Assembly: GCA_965223425.1 (NCBI GenBank)
Contig: OZ245003.1
Span: forward strand, 576,001 to 640,000
Origin: Nitrosopumilus sp.
GTDB lineage: Archaea > Thermoproteota > Nitrososphaeria > Nitrososphaerales > Nitrosopumilaceae
Length of the DNA: 64,000 nt
Direction: 5' to 3'
Shown piece after piece: positions 61,498 through 64,000 of this stretch (the stretch's first letter is position 1; each line of letters starts with the position of its first letter). Position numbers and translations under genes: made by a program. The notes beneath the pieces are model-generated. The model saw nothing but the letters and a program-made list of their open reading frames with translations, had not been told where the DNA came from and searched no databases.

Positions 61498-62202
61498 TTG
61501 TCTCAAAGTGAAATTAAAGAGTCCCTTGACTTGTTGCAAAAAGATTGGGATGTAGACCAAATTTTACGAAAATTTATGCTGGGGGAAATTACTGATGTCT
61601 CAGATTATCCAATCAAAGTCAGAAATGTAATTTTTCATGTTCCCTATCTAAATTCTGAAAAGAAATATATCTTGTGGAAATGCTTTTGGCCTGACTGCCA
61701 TAACTGCTGTGACAGACAGGGCAGACTCCCATTGACCTCTGATGATTTAATCACTATAGGAAAGGGTCTGAAATATCAAAAACACGCAGATTTTATAAAA
61801 AATGAGACACTTACCGTAACCTACCAGGAAGCGGGCCCTTCAAGACAAATAACAACAATGACTACTGTTAATCTAAAAAGAAAAAAAGATGAAACAGAGG
61901 CTGATGATGGAACTCATATCTCATGCAGGTTTTTAGATGAAAAAGGAGGCTGTAGCATGCATCCTGATAGACCCGGAGTGTGCTATCTTTATCCGTTTTC
62001 CACTTGGCTTGAAAATGAAAAGGGAACGGCACGCGTACATGCCACCTATCAATTTACAGGTGACTGTCCGGGATTTTATCTTGCAGAGAATTTAGAACCC
62101 ATGAAAGAAGAATTCAAGGAATACTCGAAAATTATTTACGATTACAATATGGCATCAAATAGAACTAGTCGAGAGGGATTCGGCTCAGTAAGTTTTGGTT
62201 AG
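61498..62202 (+). CDS. YkgJ-family Cys-cluster (Zn/Fe-chelating) protein
   Basis: C-x4-CHNCC, CRFLD...CSMH...RPGVCYLYPF, CPG. Confidence 0.85.
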   Translation: MSQSEIKESLDLLQKDWDVDQILRKFMLGEITDVSDYPIKVRNVIFHVPYLNSEKKYILWKCFWPDCHNCCDRQGRLPLTSDDLITIGKGLKYQKHADFIKNETLTVTYQEAGPSRQITTMTTVNLKRKKDETEADDGTHISCRFLDEKGGCSMHPDRPGVCYLYPFSTWLENEKGTARVHATYQFTGDCPGFYLAENLEPMKEEFKEYSKIIYDYNMASNRTSREGFGSVSFG

Positions 62203-63248
62203 GCTTTGGCTACTTTCACCAAGTCGCCTATCTTGATATCCATGCCAAACCTGTCTTCGTGTTTTTTCATATAACGAAATATTGCGATAAAGTCAGGCAA
62301 TGCCTTGATAAACTTGAAATCCTTGTGAATTTTTGCCCTCACAAAATTAAACACTTTGGCATACACCTTATAGTGCCTCTCGACTGCTTTTTCATAAGCT
62401 TTGAAATCATGCATGTTCTCCAAGAAAATATCAACGCATTGCATTGATGGGATGATTCCTTCCCCCAGCAACGCATAAACGGTTCCAATTGACTCGCCAA
62501 CCCCGACCACTTTTCCTGAATAGTATGGCTTGCATCTATCGGGAGTTGCCAGCCTGATTGGGCGTCCTTTGGTTTGTATTACCTTGCCTCCGTGTTTTTC
62601 TAAAAACTCGTCTGTCTTTTTGATGTGGTTTTTGTTGTAATCTCCGGCACCAATGTGTGCCCATTTCTCACCTAATGGAAAATACCAAAAATATCCTGAC
62701 ATGCCAGGAAATGGTTCAATGTAAAAGTCATCATATGGAACCCCGTCTTCGTATTCTACTTTGTATTCATATGTTGGTAAGAAAAAATCCTCTTCTAACT
62801 TTGGCAGATAAATTCTATGAAAACCTGTACAATCAACTATCATGTCATATTCTTTTTCTAACTCTTCTATCTTTGGTGCTTGGCCATAATTCACGTTACA
62901 GTCTTTTATAAAATCTTGAATTAGTCCTAATTTGTCATACGTGCATAATCCTTTCAACCCGATATCAAATTTTACATCATTGTTCATCTTGACATGCATG
63001 TTTTTGCCATCATGAATTAGAAAGTCATCAAAGTTTCTACCGGTTTTTTCACAAAATTCTTCTAGCTCTGATTTTATTGTTCCCCATGCGCAAATAGAAT
63101 CATGTCTTTCTTGTGGCATCCTTTCATATCCTACAACTTTGTGCTCAGAGTCTTTCAATCTGGCCATGAGGTAAGAGCCTGCCACTCCCATTCCCATCAC
63201 TGCTATCTTCAAGATATTTTGCGATTCAACCACGCCTAATAAATACAC
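62199..63248 (-). CDS. FAD-dependent oxidoreductase (geranylgeranyl reductase-like)
   Basis: GMGVAG Rossmann motif, GYFWYFP, VGESIG...LLGEGI. Confidence 0.85.
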   Translation of the reverse strand: MYLLGVVESQNILKIAVMGMGVAGSYLMARLKDSEHKVVGYERMPQERHDSICAWGTIKSELEEFCEKTGRNFDDFLIHDGKNMHVKMNNDVKFDIGLKGLCTYDKLGLIQDFIKDCNVNYGQAPKIEELEKEYDMIVDCTGFHRIYLPKLEEDFFLPTYEYKVEYEDGVPYDDFYIEPFPGMSGYFWYFPLGEKWAHIGAGDYNKNHIKKTDEFLEKHGGKVIQTKGRPIRLATPDRCKPYYSGKVVGVGESIGTVYALLGEGIIPSMQCVDIFLENMHDFKAYEKAVERHYKVYAKVFNFVRAKIHKDFKFIKALPDFIAIFRYMKKHEDRFGMDIKIGDLVKVAKA

Positions 63249-63498
63249 TGTCTGAAAATATTCTTGAGAATATTGCGGATTTTATCAGAAACTTGCAACA
63301 AAATAATATTGGCATTATTTAATGCCGCTATCACAAATTTACGTTATGTGGAGGGGATTCTTCTTGATTGCATCATCTGGAGACATCCAACCAAGGATTA
63401 AAAATAATTCTAAAATCTTGATGTGTGAGTTCACCTACCCTGCCTAATCAAAAAATTTGATCATCTGATCCATATATTGCCTGTTTGCTACCATTTTC

Positions 63499-64000
63499 AT
63501 GGGGTCAAGGCCGACAAACCGGGAGCTGCAAGAGGCCCTGCGTTCTGCCACAGACAGGATAGCAGCACTCCAGTCAAAATTTGATACAGCATTAAACAAA
63601 ATAGAACAGTTTGAAAGGGCCATCGAGTATTACCAGCGCATGTTATCATACTATCAAAATCCCAACACCCCGCCGTCTGCTGACTCGCTTGAATGGAAGA
63701 GGCAAAAGAAGTAGCGTGCACAGCAAAGAAAAGACGGGGAGGGCAACAACGACAACGACAACAACGGCAAGCCCGGCGGCAGGACAGGACACGCCGGAGT
63801 ATCGCGGCATCACAGCCCACAGAGAAGACAGCGGCACGACTTTGAGCGCAGACAATCAGGCAGAAGCGCCGCAAGGATCCTTCCAAGATGCAGGTGCGGC
63901 AAGGCCATGGTTTTGGGCGACCCCCGCGTACGGGACATCATAGAGATGGAGGTCACCGCACACGAGACCCGCCACCGCATAGAGACTGCAGTCTGCACGT
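63499..64000 (+). pseudogene. IS66-like transposase 5' part (premature stop; runs off the window)
   Basis: Coiled coil followed by NPNTPPS, then KPGGRTGHAG and a Cys-rich segment in another frame; GC-rich. Confidence 0.7.

Noticed and set aside
63423-63440. Possible left TIR of the IS66-like element (GTGTGAGTTCACC)
   Set aside because: The other end is outside the window and it does not match the IS66-type MITE end, so it cannot be supported.

Overview
AT-rich archaeal chromosome segment, most consistent with a Nitrosopumilus-like ammonia-oxidising archaeon (Nitrosopumilaceae). Evidence is an unsplit rpoA, PEFG-CTERM and CFI-box-CTERM surface proteins and a 2-domain multicopper oxidase next to a ZIP transporter. 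The core genes (eno, rpoN, tRNA-Leu, glmS, rps4, rps13, mdh, larB/C/E with iscS, rpoH/B/A, rpl30e, nusA, rps12, rps7, intron-containing tRNA-Gln) are interspersed with many GC-richer mobile elements. These include two ISH3-like IS copies, IS630-, IS5-, IS481- and IS66-like elements, five 88-100 bp MITEs from four families, and a decayed defence island after rpoA (ATPase, Mrr, integrase, HicBA, HsdS, DISARM-like helicase, C5-MTase/REase). A complete liv ABC transporter and the IS load would fit a host-associated lineage such as a sponge symbiont (inference). Four observations stand out. (1) A tnpB gene with its putative omega-RNA fills the space between perfect 26-bp IS6-like terminal inverted repeats. 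(2) An IS630-like element and its MITE appear to duplicate TG/CG rather than TA. (3) An ATPase-wHTH gene is bracketed by 44-bp palindromic direct repeats. (4) Unrelated MITE families converge on about 100 bp. All calls were made by eye and no database searches were run.
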